64,000 nucleotides of DNA. Source: an uncultured delta proteobacterium (GTDB taxonomy: Bacteria; Myxococcota_A; Polyangia; Fen-1088). Of this stretch, positions 21,325-33,534 are shown piece after piece; position 1 is the stretch's first letter, and every line of letters starts with the position of its first letter. The DNA lies in contig CAVYGB010000008.1 in NCBI GenBank assembly GCA_963767925.1, positions 1,696,001-1,760,000 of the forward strand, read 5' to 3'. Made by a program: the position numbers and the translations under genes. The notes beneath the pieces were generated by a model. That model had not been told where the DNA came from, made no database searches, and worked only from the letters and a program-made list of their open reading frames with translations.

Positions 21325-22227
21325 ATGATCGAGGTTCTTCTGGGGGCGCTGGCTGGACTGAGCATCTCCCTGATCACCGGCGTGCGGGTGCTGCGCGAGT
21401 ACGAGCGGGCGGTGGTCTTTCGCCTCGGCCGTGCCCGCACCGACCTCGCCGGTCCCGGCCTGGTCCTGTTGCTCCCCTTCGGGATCGACCGGGCCAAAGT
21501 GGTCGACGTCCGGATCCAGGCGATCCAGATCCCTCCTCAGGAGGTGATCACGCGCGACAACATCTCGATCGTCGTCAGCGCGGTGGTCTACGCCAACGTG
21601 AGCTCGCCTCGGCACGCGATCCTGGAGGTCGATCAGTTCCTTCCGGCGACGCTCCAGCTCGCCTCGACCACTCTGCGCGCCGTCGTCGGCAAGATGGAGC
21701 TCGACGACATCCTCGCCAACCGCGAAGGGATCAATGGCGAAGTGCGCAATATCCTCGACACCCGCACCGAGCAATGGGGCGTGGAGATCACCGCCGTCGA
21801 GCTGAAGGACATCGAGCTGCCGAGAGAGATGCAGCGAGCGATGGCCAGGCAGGCGGAGGCCGAGCGCGAGCGGCGGGCCAAGGTGATTGCCGCCGAGGGC
21901 GAGGTGCAGGCTGCCGCCAAGCTGGCCGAGGCCGCCCGGGTGATGTCTTCGTCGCCGGCGGCGCTGCAGCTCCGGCTCTACCAGACGCTGGTCGAGGTCT
22001 CCTCGGAGGCCCGCTCCACCATCGTGTTCCCCGTGCCCATCGACCTCACCGGGGCCATGAGCAGCCAGGCGGCCACGCCGGGACAGCTCCAGGCCATGAT
22101 GCAAAGCGTGGTGGCGCTGGCCGCCGCCCAGGAGGCCAAGCAGCTCGCCGAGGCCGGCGAGAAGGTGGAGACGCCCGCCGTCCGGTCGCGGATCCTCGCC
22201 CGCAAGAGCTCGGACGAAGAGGATTAG
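21325..22227 (+). CDS. SPFH/stomatin (band 7, slipin) protein
   Basis: EYERAVVFRLG, QEVITRDN, TTLRAVVG, WGVEI..VELKD and AMARQAEAERERRAKVI. Confidence 0.95.
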   Translation: MIEVLLGALAGLSISLITGVRVLREYERAVVFRLGRARTDLAGPGLVLLLPFGIDRAKVVDVRIQAIQIPPQEVITRDNISIVVSAVVYANVSSPRHAILEVDQFLPATLQLASTTLRAVVGKMELDDILANREGINGEVRNILDTRTEQWGVEITAVELKDIELPREMQRAMARQAEAERERRAKVIAAEGEVQAAAKLAEAARVMSSSPAALQLRLYQTLVEVSSEARSTIVFPVPIDLTGAMSSQAATPGQLQAMMQSVVALAAAQEAKQLAEAGEKVETPAVRSRILARKSSDEED

Positions 22228-22250
22228 CCGTCGCCCGAGAACTGGCCGGG

Positions 22251-23210
22251 CTAGAGGCCGAGGTTCTTGCGGATCCGGGCGATGGGCTCGGCGGTGTCGG
22301 GCACGAACGGCTTTCCGGTCAGCAACTCGAAGAGGGCGATGTAGCGGCGGGCCGCCTCGGTCCGGATCTCGTCGGACAGGGGCGGCGGGGGGCCCTCGCC
22401 CCGGTAACCCTTCTCGCTGAGCGCGCGGCGCACGTACTCCTTGTCGAGGCCGCGGGGCTCCTCACCGCGATCGAAGCGCGCCTGGTAGTCGTCGGCGTAC
22501 CAGTAGCGCGAGCTATCGGGAGTGTGGATCTCGTCGATGAAGCAGAGGGTCCCGTCGGGGCGGCGGCCGATCTCGTATTTCGTGTCGACGAGGATGAGGC
22601 CCCGCTTGGCCGCCTCGGCCTGGCCGAAGGCGAACAGCTTCTCGCACAGCACGGCGGCCTGGTCGAACTCGCCGGCGGTGAGCTGCCCCCGGGCCAGGAT
22701 CTCCTCACGCGAGACCGACTCGTCGTGGGCGCCCTTCTCCGCCTTCGTGGAGGGGGTCAGGAGCGGGGCGGCCAGGGGCTGGTTCTTGCGCATCCCCTCG
22801 GGCAGACGATGTCCGCAGAAGGTGCGGTGACCCTGTTCGTAGTGGCGCCAGATCGAGGTGCTCGTCACGCCCGTCAGATACGAGCGCATCACGAACTCGA
22901 CCGGCAGCAGCTTGCATTCGATGGCCACCGAGACCACCGGGTCGGGCACCTCGAGCAGGTGGTTGGGCACCAGGGGGCGGGCCAGCTCGAACCAGTGGGC
23001 GGCGATCTGGTTGAGGACCTGCCCCTTGAAGGGGATGGTGCCCAGGACCACGTCGAAGGCGCTCAGGCGATCGGTGACGACGATGATGCGGCGCTGGCCG
23101 GTGGTGTAGCAGTCGCGCACCTTGCCCTCGTACTTGGTGCCGAGCCCGGCGAAGTCGGTGGACTCGAGGGTGCGGGTCAGCTGCGCGGTGAGAACGTCTT
23201 GCGGGACCAT
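22251..23210 (-). CDS. purC: SAICAR synthase
   Basis: [43 protein letters not shown] and DKEYVR. Confidence 0.96.
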   Translation of the reverse strand: MVPQDVLTAQLTRTLESTDFAGLGTKYEGKVRDCYTTGQRRIIVVTDRLSAFDVVLGTIPFKGQVLNQIAAHWFELARPLVPNHLLEVPDPVVSVAIECKLLPVEFVMRSYLTGVTSTSIWRHYEQGHRTFCGHRLPEGMRKNQPLAAPLLTPSTKAEKGAHDESVSREEILARGQLTAGEFDQAAVLCEKLFAFGQAEAAKRGLILVDTKYEIGRRPDGTLCFIDEIHTPDSSRYWYADDYQARFDRGEEPRGLDKEYVRRALSEKGYRGEGPPPPLSDEIRTEAARRYIALFELLTGKPFVPDTAEPIARIRKNLGL

Positions 23211-23231
23211 GTCTAACTCTCCGGTTGGGCC

Positions 23232-24546
<1,315 letters not shown>

Positions 24547-24596
24547 GGACGCGCTCTTTTAGCGAAATCGCGTCCGGGGGTCAAAACGAAGTGGGC

Positions 24597-24797
24597 TCAG
24601 AGGCCGGCCAGCGGCACGATTCCCAGACCGACCAGGACGGCCAGCAGGCCAACGACGACGAACACGACGGTCCGCACCAGCGCCCCGTCCACGGTCCGGG
24701 TGCTCCGCCCGTCGGCCGGGCGCGGCCGCACGAAGAACTGCAGGATCCCCGAGCCGATGAGGATGATCCCGCCCAGCACGAAGACGCCCAGGCTCAA
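24597..24797 (-). CDS. Small two-TM membrane protein (66 aa)
   Basis: TTG at 24797 overlaps the upstream TGA. Two hydrophobic stretches ([39 protein letters not shown]). Confidence 0.65.
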   Translation of the reverse strand: MSLGVFVLGGIILIGSGILQFFVRPRPADGRSTRTVDGALVRTVVFVVVGLLAVLVGLGIVPLAGL

Positions 24798-25663
24798 CGC
24801 CCACCTCCCCCGGCCAGCGCCTGGTAAAGGCCGATGAGGCGGGTGGTGATGGGTCCCGGCGCGCCGCTGCCGACGGCCTGTCGATCGACCGTGGTCACCG
24901 GCAACACACCTCGGGTGGCGCTCGTGATGAACACTTCCGCGGCCGAGCGTACCTCCGCGGGGGCCAGGAAATCCACCTCCGCGCAGGGGATCCCGTGCTG
25001 GCGGCAGAGGGCCAGCACCTTGCCCCGGGTCACCCCCTCCAGGATTCCCACCCCCAGCGCGGGCGTTCGCACCTCGCCGGCCCGGACGGCGAACACGTTG
25101 CTGGTGGCGCCTTCCGCGACGCTGCCGCTGGCCGCGCACAAGATGGCCTCGTAGGCGCCCGATCGGCGGCGAGCCTCGGCCAGGGCGAGCACGTTGTTGA
25201 GGTAGTTGCCCGACTTGACAGCCGGATCGATCGCCCGCGGGTCGTTGCGCGCCACCGAGACGATCTCCACCGCCACCCCTCGGCGGTACATCTCGTCGGT
25301 GGGGGCCGACAGGGGGCTCACGATGATCACGAGCCGGGGGCTCGTGGCGAGCGCCGGATCGAGATCGGCGCCGCCCTCCCCGCGCGTGACGATCACGCGG
25401 ATCCGCGATTCGGCGTTGCCGGCAGCGGCGAGCGTCGCGGCCAGGGCCGCTTCGATCTCGGTGCGCGGCGGCACGGTCAGCCCGATGCGTTCACCCGACC
25501 GCGCCAGCCGCTCGAGGTGTTCGGCCAACGCGAAGGGCCGCCCGGTCACGGTAGCGACGGTTTCGTAAACACTGTCGCCGTACAGGAAGCCCCGGTCGAA
25601 GACCGACACCCTCGCTTCCTCGGGCGGCACGATGCGTCCGCCGATGTGAACACGGATTGACAT
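24794..25663 (-). CDS. Aminotransferase class IV (branched-chain or D-amino acid aminotransferase, or ADC lyase)
   Basis: [23 protein letters not shown] (PLP Lys), EGATSN, LEGVTR and EVFITS. Confidence 0.93.
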   Translation of the reverse strand: MSIRVHIGGRIVPPEEARVSVFDRGFLYGDSVYETVATVTGRPFALAEHLERLARSGERIGLTVPPRTEIEAALAATLAAAGNAESRIRVIVTRGEGGADLDPALATSPRLVIIVSPLSAPTDEMYRRGVAVEIVSVARNDPRAIDPAVKSGNYLNNVLALAEARRRSGAYEAILCAASGSVAEGATSNVFAVRAGEVRTPALGVGILEGVTRGKVLALCRQHGIPCAEVDFLAPAEVRSAAEVFITSATRGVLPVTTVDRQAVGSGAPGPITTRLIGLYQALAGGGGR

Positions 25664-25738
25664 TTACGAACCGGCAAAGCTAGTAGAGGGGCGGGGTCCG
25701 AGCCACTCCGAGCCATCGGGAGGGGGGAAAGTTCCACT

Positions 25739-26359
25739 TTGAACATACTGAGGGTGCGCTGTCAGAACGCTGACGAGTTCCGTGAACACTACAAGGACGA
25801 TCAGCCAAACGGCGGGTTGTTCTGCCCTACCACCACGGAGCTCAGTCCCGGCACACCGGTGGTGATCGAGCTGGTCTGCAAAGCTCTCCCCAATCGGGTT
25901 CTGATCCGCGGGTCGGTCGTGTCCTGGCGACCCGCCCTGCCCCGCCTGCGTGTGCGCGCGGGCGCCGTCGTTCAGTTCGATCCCGACGAGACTCCCAAGC
26001 GCGACTTCATCCTGGAGACCCTCGGCGGCGAGCGCAAGCCGACGCCCCGCCGTCGCCACGCCCGCATCCCGCTCGGGTGGCCGGCCAAGCTCCGGACCGA
26101 GGCCGACCTGCAGTCCAGCGAGGGGGAGCTGCGCGAGATCAGCGTCAGCGGCGCGCTCGTCCATTGCGCGATCCAGCCTCCGCTCGACACCGACGTGGTG
26201 CTTCAGGTGGTACCGCCCGGCGGGGTGGCACCCATGGAGCTCTCCGGCCGCGTCCTCTACCACGCCGGGCCGAGCCTCACCGGCATCAAGTTCCTGTTTC
26301 GCGAGGGGGGTGGCTCGCGCCGCCTCCGAGAGCTGGTGAGACGGTTCAAGACATCCTGA
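25739..26359 (+). CDS. Tandem PilZ-domain protein
   Basis: First domain has GGLF...G.VV.W; second has RRRHAR (RxxxR), EISVSG and GIKF. Confidence 0.8.
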   Translation: MNILRVRCQNADEFREHYKDDQPNGGLFCPTTTELSPGTPVVIELVCKALPNRVLIRGSVVSWRPALPRLRVRAGAVVQFDPDETPKRDFILETLGGERKPTPRRRHARIPLGWPAKLRTEADLQSSEGELREISVSGALVHCAIQPPLDTDVVLQVVPPGGVAPMELSGRVLYHAGPSLTGIKFLFREGGGSRRLRELVRRFKTS

Positions 26360-26441
26360 CCGCCGCCGGGGGCGAGCTTCCAGGCCACGTTATTTTCGTT
26401 CGCCACGCCCGCCGGAAAGCCGCTACTATTGGGCCGGTCCG

Positions 26442-28172
26442 ATGAGCGATCCCGCGCCGCTCGGGGCCGACGGCGAACGAGGCGCCACCGGCCGCCACAA
26501 ACCAGGCACGCTGCTCGGCAACCGGTTCCGCATCAAGGAATACCTTCGCCGGGACGGAGACATCGAGCTCTACCGGGCCAGCGATGCGCAGTCCGGCGCC
26601 GATGTTGCCTTGCGGGTGATATTGCCCTCGGGGCCTGCGCTGGCGGTTCTCGAACGGGACCTGGCGCGCGCCCAGCGACTCCCCCCCCATCGCAACCTGT
26701 CGGCGGTGATGGGCGTCGCCCGCGACGGGCCCCAGCTCCTGGTGGCCTACGAGTGGCAAGATGGCCATACCCTGCGCGATGTCCTCGACGCGCAACGACA
26801 GAAGTCTGAGATCGTTGACCCCACCCGGGCCCACACGCTGCTGGGACACGCCGCCGCTGGCCTCGCCCACGCGCACACGGTGCTCGTCCACGGCGGGGTG
26901 AATCCCGGGTCCATCTGGCTCACCTCGAGTGGGCGGGTGAAGGTCAGCGACCTGGGCCTCTCCGAGGGGCTGCCGGCCTTCGCCCAGCGGGGCGGGCCCA
27001 AGGGCAGTCCGGCGGGGCTGTATTTTGCGCCCGAGCTGGCGCGGGACGGCCCCCCCACCCCGGCCTCCGACGTCTACTCCCTGGGCGCCATCCTGTTCGA
27101 GCTCCTGACCGGGAACCCGCCGATCCCGCCCCTCCAGGCGCCGAGCCGCTTGCTCCCCTCGATCCCGCCGGCGGTGGACGGGGTGATCGGGCGGGCGCTC
27201 ATGCCCGCCGCCTTGACCCGTTTCCCGACGCCCGAAGGCCTCCTGCAGGCCTTCGCCTCGGCCATCGGAACCCCGTTAGCGGAGGCGACCCCCGTGACGG
27301 GAAGCGGAGAGGCCGCGGAGCGGACCGCCCCAGGGCGAACCTTCGATGTGGCCGCCGCCGCCGGCTTCAGCCAGGGCGAGGCCCGCTGGCTCGTGCAGAA
27401 GGACCGCCTCGATTACGGCCCGTTTTCGCTCGAGCAGGTCAAGCACCAGATCTCCGAAGGGCAGTTCCGTCCGGACAACCTCATCGTCGACATGGACTCG
27501 GGCGCCCGCCAGAAGATCGTCGACCATCCCCAGCTCGGTGAGTTCGCCCGCCAGGCGGAGCGCCGCCTGGAACACGTGCGCCGCCAGCGGGCCGAGCAGG
27601 TCACCGAGACCGTCGAGCGGAAGAAATACCGGGCCACGATCGTCATCATCTCGGCGGCGGTGGTTGTGCTGGGAGGGGGGCTGACCGCCTTCCTCCTGAA
27701 TCGGGAGGCGGCGCAGGAGACCGAGCTCGCGACTCGCGCGGGCGACTCGGACGTCGACACCTTCCTCAAGGGGGTGAGGGTCGATTTTCCGCGCACCCAG
27801 CGGCCCGCTGCCCGTCGGCCCTCGCGCGCCGGCAGCAAGGACGACCCCTTCTCGTCCGCGACGAACCTCGGCGACGTCAGCCAGGGCGGGGCCGACGAGA
27901 TCCTCAGCGACCGGACGATCCAGACCGTGATGATGGGGAACTACCGGAAGCTCGTCCCCTGCTTGATGGAGGAGAAGCGGCGGTCCCCGGGGTTCAAGGA
28001 GATGGACCTCGAGTTCGTCGTCGTTGGCAGCGGCAAGGTCTCGGCGGTGCGGGTGAATGGCCAGCGCCAGGGCGCCTTTCCGGGCTGCGTCCTGACGCGC
28101 ATGCAGTCGTTCAACTTCCCGAAGTACAGCGGCTCGAAGACCATCGCCTCCTGGTCGATGTCCCTGAGGTAG
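26442..28172 (+). CDS. Ser/Thr kinase-like (probable pseudokinase) - GYF_2 - TM - TonB-C/AgmX-PglI-like protein
   Basis: Kinase fold with YFAPE and SDVYSLG.ILFELLTG; WLVQK...YGPFS..QVK (GYF); TM IVIISAAVVVLGGGLTAFLL; C-terminal C...EFVV.GSGKV.AV...CV..RM..F.FP. Confidence 0.85.
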   Translation: MSDPAPLGADGERGATGRHKPGTLLGNRFRIKEYLRRDGDIELYRASDAQSGADVALRVILPSGPALAVLERDLARAQRLPPHRNLSAVMGVARDGPQLLVAYEWQDGHTLRDVLDAQRQKSEIVDPTRAHTLLGHAAAGLAHAHTVLVHGGVNPGSIWLTSSGRVKVSDLGLSEGLPAFAQRGGPKGSPAGLYFAPELARDGPPTPASDVYSLGAILFELLTGNPPIPPLQAPSRLLPSIPPAVDGVIGRALMPAALTRFPTPEGLLQAFASAIGTPLAEATPVTGSGEAAERTAPGRTFDVAAAAGFSQGEARWLVQKDRLDYGPFSLEQVKHQISEGQFRPDNLIVDMDSGARQKIVDHPQLGEFARQAERRLEHVRRQRAEQVTETVERKKYRATIVIISAAVVVLGGGLTAFLLNREAAQETELATRAGDSDVDTFLKGVRVDFPRTQRPAARRPSRAGSKDDPFSSATNLGDVSQGGADEILSDRTIQTVMMGNYRKLVPCLMEEKRRSPGFKEMDLEFVVVGSGKVSAVRVNGQRQGAFPGCVLTRMQSFNFPKYSGSKTIASWSMSLR

Positions 28173-28190
28173 CCGGCTGGGCCGGCCGCT

Positions 28191-29897
28191 TCACTCGCCG
28201 TCGCCGTCGGTGACGCAGCCGGTGGAGGCGGAGGAGACCAGGCGCACGTATTTGCGCAGGATGCCTCGCCGGGCCTGGCTGGGGGGAGCCTGCCAGCTCG
28301 CCCGGCGGGTCGCCAGCTCGGCGTCCGACACCGCCACGTCGATCCGGTTGGAGACCGAGTCGATGGTGATGGTCTCCCCGTCCCGGACCAGGGCGAGAGG
28401 ACCGCCGAGCTGGGCCTCGGGCGTGATGTGCCCGATCACGAAGCCGTGGGTGCCGCCGGAGAAGCGGCCGTCGGTAATCAGGGCCACGCTCTTGCCCAGC
28501 CCGGCCCCCATCACGGCCGCCGTCACCTTGAGCATCTCGGGCATGCCCGGCCCACCCTTGGGGCCCTCGTAGCGGATGACCAGCACTTCACCCGCCTTGA
28601 CTGCGCCGCGCGCGAGATCGTCGATCGCGTCCTCCTCCTGATTGAAGACCCGGGCCGGGCCCGAGAAGCGCAGCCCCTCCTTGCCCGTGATCTTCGCGAC
28701 CGCGCCCTCCGGAGCGAGGTTGCCGCGCAGGATGCGGATGTGCCCGTCCGGTTTCAGGGGGCTCGCAACCGGGGAGACGATCTTCTGGCCCGGGCGCAGA
28801 TCCGCGGCCTGAGCGGCGTTTTCGGCCAGGGTCTGGCCGGTGACGGTCAGACAGCTCCCGTCCAGCAAGCCGGCCGCCAGCATCAGCTTCTGCACCCCGG
28901 GAACGCCCCCCACCTCGAACAGGTCCTCCATCACCGCCGAGCTCGAGGGCCGCAGGGCGGCCAGCACCGGCGTGCTGTCGCTGAGCCGCTGAAAGTCGTC
29001 GAGCCCGAAGGGGACGTGGGCCGCGTGGGCCATGGCCAGGAGGTGCAACACGGCGTTGGTCGAGCCGCCGAGCACGATCACCATCCGGAAGGCGTTCTCG
29101 AAGGACGCCTTCGTCATGATCCGGAGGGGGGTGAGGTTGCGCTCGAGCAAGGGCAACATCGCTCGGCCCGCCGCCTCACACTCCAGCAGCTTGTTGGGGT
29201 GCACCGCTGGCGTCGAGGAGGTCATCGGCAGCGCCATGCCCATGGTCTCGATGGCGGCGGCCATGGTGTTGGCAGTGTACATGCCCCCGCAGGCGCCGGG
29301 CCCCGGGCAGGCGTGTTGCACCACCTCTTCGAGCTGGGCCTCGGTGATCTGCTTCGCCAGGAACTGCCCGTAGGCCTCGAAGGTCGAGACGATGTCGACC
29401 TTGCGATCGCCGATGCGGCCGGGCTGGATGGTGCCGCCGTAGACCATGATGCTGGGGCGGTCGATGCGGGCCATCGCCATGAGCGCCCCCGGCATGTTCT
29501 TGTCGCAGCCCACCACCGAGATGTTGGCGTCATAAAAGTGCGCCATCGTCATCGCCTCGATCGAGTCGGCGATGAGATCCCGGGAGGGCAACGAATAGTT
29601 CATCCCGGTCGTGCCGTTGGTCTGGCCGTCGCTCACCCCGATGGTGTTGAAGATCCAGCCGACCATGCCCGCCTCGGCCACCCCCTTCTTCACGTGGGAA
29701 GCCAGGTGGTTGAGGTGCATGTTGCAGGGGTTGGATTCGAACCCGGTGCTGGCGATGCCGATCTGGGGCTTGCCCAGATCTTCGCGCTTCAGCCCGGCCG
29801 CGTGGAACATGGCCCGGGCGCCTGGCTGGCCCGGATCTTCGGTCAGGCGCGTGCTGACGCGGTTGAGCTTGATGGTCTTTTCGGTCTTCTCGGTCAT
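28191..29897 (-). CDS. ilvD: Dihydroxy-acid dehydratase
   Basis: [38 protein letters not shown] and TDGRFSGG. Confidence 0.97.
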   Translation of the reverse strand: MTEKTEKTIKLNRVSTRLTEDPGQPGARAMFHAAGLKREDLGKPQIGIASTGFESNPCNMHLNHLASHVKKGVAEAGMVGWIFNTIGVSDGQTNGTTGMNYSLPSRDLIADSIEAMTMAHFYDANISVVGCDKNMPGALMAMARIDRPSIMVYGGTIQPGRIGDRKVDIVSTFEAYGQFLAKQITEAQLEEVVQHACPGPGACGGMYTANTMAAAIETMGMALPMTSSTPAVHPNKLLECEAAGRAMLPLLERNLTPLRIMTKASFENAFRMVIVLGGSTNAVLHLLAMAHAAHVPFGLDDFQRLSDSTPVLAALRPSSSAVMEDLFEVGGVPGVQKLMLAAGLLDGSCLTVTGQTLAENAAQAADLRPGQKIVSPVASPLKPDGHIRILRGNLAPEGAVAKITGKEGLRFSGPARVFNQEEDAIDDLARGAVKAGEVLVIRYEGPKGGPGMPEMLKVTAAVMGAGLGKSVALITDGRFSGGTHGFVIGHITPEAQLGGPLALVRDGETITIDSVSNRIDVAVSDAELATRRASWQAPPSQARRGILRKYVRLVSSASTGCVTDGDGE

Positions 29898-29914
29898 GTT
29901 TGCTCCCCCGGGAA

Positions 29915-30853
29915 TCAGGGCGCCGCCGCGACCGGATTGGTCAAGGTGCCCAGGCCGTCGATCTCGACCTCCATGCGGTCACCCGGCTTGAGGAAGATGG
30001 GCGGCTTGCGCGCGAACCCCACTCCCGGCGGGGTCCCGGTGGCGATCACGTCCCCCGGCTCGAGCGAGATCGAGCGGGAGAGGAACTCGATGAGGTGGGG
30101 GATGCCGAAGATGAGCTGCTCGGTGCGGGAGTTCTGCAGCATTTCCCCGTTGAGGCGCAGGCGGATGCCCAGGTTATGGGGGTTGGCGACCTCGTCGGAC
30201 GACACGACGAAAGGCCCCATGGGCGCGAAGGTGTCGCAGGACTTGCCCCGCTGCCACTGGCCGTCGGCGAACTGGAAGCCCCGCTCGCTGACGTCGTTGA
30301 AACAGCAATATCCGAAGACGTAGCCCATCGCCTTGTCCCGGGTGACGTTCTTGGCCAGTCGCCCCACGACGAAGGCCAGCTCTGCCTCGTAGTCGGTCTT
30401 CTCACTTCCGCGCGGGATCAACACCGGATCGTCCGGGCCCACGATGGAGGTCGAGAACTTCGAGAAGGTTATGGGCATCTCCGGGATCGCCATGTTCGAC
30501 TCGGCGGCGTGGTCCCGGTAGTTGAGGCCGATGCAGACCAGCTTGCCGGGCCGGGGGATCGGCGCGCAAATCTTGACGTCTTCGAGGGCGTAGACCTTCC
30601 CGTTCTTCTTCCACTGCTCGACGGTCTTGTCGTCGGCCCGCTGCGCTGCCTCCACCGAGGAACGGGCCAAAGACCAGACCATTCCGTCGAGGTTCCACCA
30701 CTCGCAGGAGATGCTGGGCGGCAGCCAGCCGCCGCGGCCGGCGCTGTCGAGGGTGGCCGGAAGGTCGAGCACCGCCCGTCCGTTGGCGATGAGAGCCCCC
30801 ATTCGGGCCGGGGCGCTCGGATCCTTCTTCGGCTTGAACTGGAGCAGGCGCAT
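29915..30853 (-). CDS. Fumarylacetoacetate hydrolase family protein
   Basis: CIGLNY.DH, DYEAEL, NDVSER, GKS.DTF.P.GP and GDVI.TGTP.GVG. ATG at 30853. Confidence 0.93.
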   Translation of the reverse strand: MRLLQFKPKKDPSAPARMGALIANGRAVLDLPATLDSAGRGGWLPPSISCEWWNLDGMVWSLARSSVEAAQRADDKTVEQWKKNGKVYALEDVKICAPIPRPGKLVCIGLNYRDHAAESNMAIPEMPITFSKFSTSIVGPDDPVLIPRGSEKTDYEAELAFVVGRLAKNVTRDKAMGYVFGYCCFNDVSERGFQFADGQWQRGKSCDTFAPMGPFVVSSDEVANPHNLGIRLRLNGEMLQNSRTEQLIFGIPHLIEFLSRSISLEPGDVIATGTPPGVGFARKPPIFLKPGDRMEVEIDGLGTLTNPVAAAP

Positions 30854-30936
30854 GGCTTTTCCCCTTAATCCCAAACGGCCGGAATGTCCACCGTCATGGG
30901 TAACGCGGGGGGGCTTATGCGCCCGTGATCGGCGGG

Positions 30937-31218
30937 CTAGCGGCCGAAGCCAGCGACGCGGTCGCGGGCGGCGGGCGCCGCCAGGAGGCGGAAGCCGAGG
31001 AGGTCCTCGTAAGCGAAAAAGAAACGCTCGCGCTTTACGTTTTCCAGGAGAACGAACTTGTCCTTGAGATCGATGCGGACGAGGCGATCCACGGAAAACA
31101 CGTCGCCCGGAGCGGCCACCAGGCACATGCCCTCTCGGTTCTCCGGGATGGTGTAGCCCTGCGCCCCCGACCCCAGCCCCTCGCTCTCCAGCGCGGCGCT
31201 GATGCTCTCTTTCGTCAT
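30937..31218 (-). CDS. Hypothetical protein (93 aa, beta-rich)
   Basis: ATG start with TAAGAT 6 nt upstream; natural-looking composition. Confidence 0.75.
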   Translation of the reverse strand: MTKESISAALESEGLGSGAQGYTIPENREGMCLVAAPGDVFSVDRLVRIDLKDKFVLLENVKRERFFFAYEDLLGFRLLAAPAARDRVAGFGR

Positions 31219-31224
31219 GCGGCG

Positions 31225-31314
31225 ATCTTACACCGACCGAGGAGGGCGCCTGCTCGGATTTCCCCGAGCGAACGGTTGCCGCGGTTTGGCGCCCCGTCCA
31301 GGCCGCCTTACACT
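31225..31314. promoter_or_regulatory. Divergent pair of putative leaderless -10 boxes (TAAGAT, minus strand, 31225-31230; TACACT, plus strand, 31309-31314)
   Basis: Each lies exactly 6 nt from its start codon (ATG 31218, GTG 31321). Confidence 0.55.
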
Positions 31315-31320
31315 CGGGTG

Positions 31321-33483
31321 GTGACCGGGGCGGTCTTGCTCGTCGCCATCTGGGCAAACCCGGTTTTTTCCTGGCCGGGGGCGGTCGAGCGTGCTGCGCG
31401 GGACCTCGAGTCCCGGGATCGTGCCCTCCGGACCCAGGCGGTCGAGCGCCTGGCCGAGATGGAGGGTGAGCCCGCCCGGGCCCTGCTGCGCGGGGTGCTG
31501 GACGATCCGGACCCCGCCCTGCGCCTGGCCGCCGCCCGGATCCTCGTCGCCCTGAGCGACGAGAAGGGCCTCGGCGTGGTGACCGAGTGGGTGGCGGCCG
31601 GGTTTGCCACCGACCGGGTGGCCGGGCTGGAGGCCCTGCGCCTGCCGCCCACGCTGCCCCCGGCCACGCGCGGCGCGGTGGAGCGTGCGCTCGCCGACCC
31701 GGAGCCGAACGTCCGGCTGGCGGCCATCGAGGTGCTGGGCCGGGCCCGGGCCGAGTCGGCGGCCGCGGTGGCGGGACGGCTCGACGACACCGTCCCGGCC
31801 GTGCGGCTGGCGGCAGTGCGGTTGCTGGCCGAGGCCCGCGACCCGCGAACGGCGCTGCCCCTCATCGAGCGGCTGGGGGACGCCGATCGCCAGATCCAGC
31901 GAGAGGCCATCGGGGCGCTGGCCCGGCTCGGCGATCGCCGGGTCGAACCCGCCCTGCTGCGGGTGATCGAGAGCGGCTCGGACGATCTGCGGCTGGCGGC
32001 CGTCGACGCGGTGGGGGCCTTGCGCCTGCCCGGGGCGGTCGAGAGCCTGACCGACCTGGCCCGGCGCCGGCCGGCCGACGCCCTCGCCCGCCAGGCGCAA
32101 CGCTCTCTCGGGGAGATCGGCAGCGCGGAGGCGCTCGCCGTGCTGCTCGATCTGCTGCGGCGGCCGCCCGTGAGCCGCGAGACCGAAGACGGCCTGGCCC
32201 GCTGGCCCGCGCTGGTGCCCCGCCTGCTGGAGGAGGTCGAGGAGGCGGGCGCCGGGGCGGCCAGCGCGGCGGCGGTGCTCGGTCGGGTACGCGAAGCCCG
32301 CGCGGTTCCGGCGCTGGAGACCCTCGCCCGGCGAGGTGGACCGGCCACCGCGGCGGCGCTGCGCGCCCTTTCGGCGATCGCGCCGCGAGAGGCCATCGCC
32401 GCCCTTGTGGAGGCGGCCGGGGATCGCTCGGCCACCGTGCGCCGGCTGGCCTTCGAGGCCCTCCTGTCCCTCGACGACGAGCGGGCCTCGGCGGTGCTCG
32501 AGGGGGGGCTCGTCGACCGGGACGCCGACGTCCGGCTACTGGCGACCCGGCTGGCGGGTCGGCTGCGCGCCCGCGATCACGAGCGAGCCGTCTCCCGCCG
32601 CCTGCTGGACGTCCAGCCCGAGATCCGCCGAGCGGCGGTCCGCAGCCTGGCCCGGCTGCAGGCACCGGGGACGGCGGGCCCGCTCGTGACGGCCCTGCCC
32701 CTGCTGCGAGGCTCCGAGATGCTGGTGGGATCGGCGCTCGGCCTGGTGGCCGGCCCCGCCGACCTGGGTCCGCTCACCCGGGCGGCCCGGGCGCAGCGGG
32801 GGGCCTCCCGCCTGGCCCTGCTCATGGGCGTGACCGCCGCGCTGGAACAGGCGCGGGATCAGCCCAGCCTCCAGGCGGCGGTGACTTTCCTGGCCGGGGA
32901 GCTGAGCGGCGCCGGCGCGGCGGCCGAGCTGGCGGCGGAGGCCCTGGCCGCGGCGGCGCCGGGCGCGCTGGCTGACACCCGGTCGATCCAGGTGGCCATC
33001 CAGACCGGCGCCCCCTCGGTCCGATCCCGGCTCTGTGCGCTGGCCGCGGGCAGCGAGGCGGGCCGCCTGACCCTGGCGCGCTGGCTAGCCCATCCACGCG
33101 AGAGCCCGGAGGTGCAGGCCGCCGCCGCCTGGGCGCTGGCTGGCGTCCGCGAGCCGGTCGCCAGGAACACCCTCCGCTGGGCGGCGGCCTCCACCCATCC
33201 CGCCGTCGCGGCCAACGCCCGCGCGGCCCTCGCCCGGCCCCTGGGGAGCGGCCCTCGGGCCAGCGCCGCCATGCGGATCCGGCTGACCGACGACGCCGGC
33301 GCGCCCGAGGCGGGACGCTGGATCATCGCTCACCTGCCCGCCGGCCCGGTGTGGATCCGATCCGGGACCCTGGGTCAGGCCCGTCTGCCGGGCGCGGGGC
33401 CGGCGCCGGTACGCCTGCAACCCGCTGATTCCGAGCTGGTCTTGCGCCTGTCAGACGACGACCCACAAAGTGGTCGCCGCTAA
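31321..33483 (+). CDS. HEAT/PBS-lyase-like repeat protein with N-terminal hydrophobic segment
   Basis: Repeated L.D.D..VR.AA...L units; MTGAVLLVAIWA N-terminus; beta-rich C-terminus. Confidence 0.85.
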   Translation: MTGAVLLVAIWANPVFSWPGAVERAARDLESRDRALRTQAVERLAEMEGEPARALLRGVLDDPDPALRLAAARILVALSDEKGLGVVTEWVAAGFATDRVAGLEALRLPPTLPPATRGAVERALADPEPNVRLAAIEVLGRARAESAAAVAGRLDDTVPAVRLAAVRLLAEARDPRTALPLIERLGDADRQIQREAIGALARLGDRRVEPALLRVIESGSDDLRLAAVDAVGALRLPGAVESLTDLARRRPADALARQAQRSLGEIGSAEALAVLLDLLRRPPVSRETEDGLARWPALVPRLLEEVEEAGAGAASAAAVLGRVREARAVPALETLARRGGPATAAALRALSAIAPREAIAALVEAAGDRSATVRRLAFEALLSLDDERASAVLEGGLVDRDADVRLLATRLAGRLRARDHERAVSRRLLDVQPEIRRAAVRSLARLQAPGTAGPLVTALPLLRGSEMLVGSALGLVAGPADLGPLTRAARAQRGASRLALLMGVTAALEQARDQPSLQAAVTFLAGELSGAGAAAELAAEALAAAAPGALADTRSIQVAIQTGAPSVRSRLCALAAGSEAGRLTLARWLAHPRESPEVQAAAAWALAGVREPVARNTLRWAAASTHPAVAANARAALARPLGSGPRASAAMRIRLTDDAGAPEAGRWIIAHLPAGPVWIRSGTLGQARLPGAGPAPVRLQPADSELVLRLSDDDPQSGRR

Positions 33484-33534
33484 ACTTCGGGGCCGACCTT
33501 CCGATCCAGCCATGACGACCTGGGAGGAACCCCA

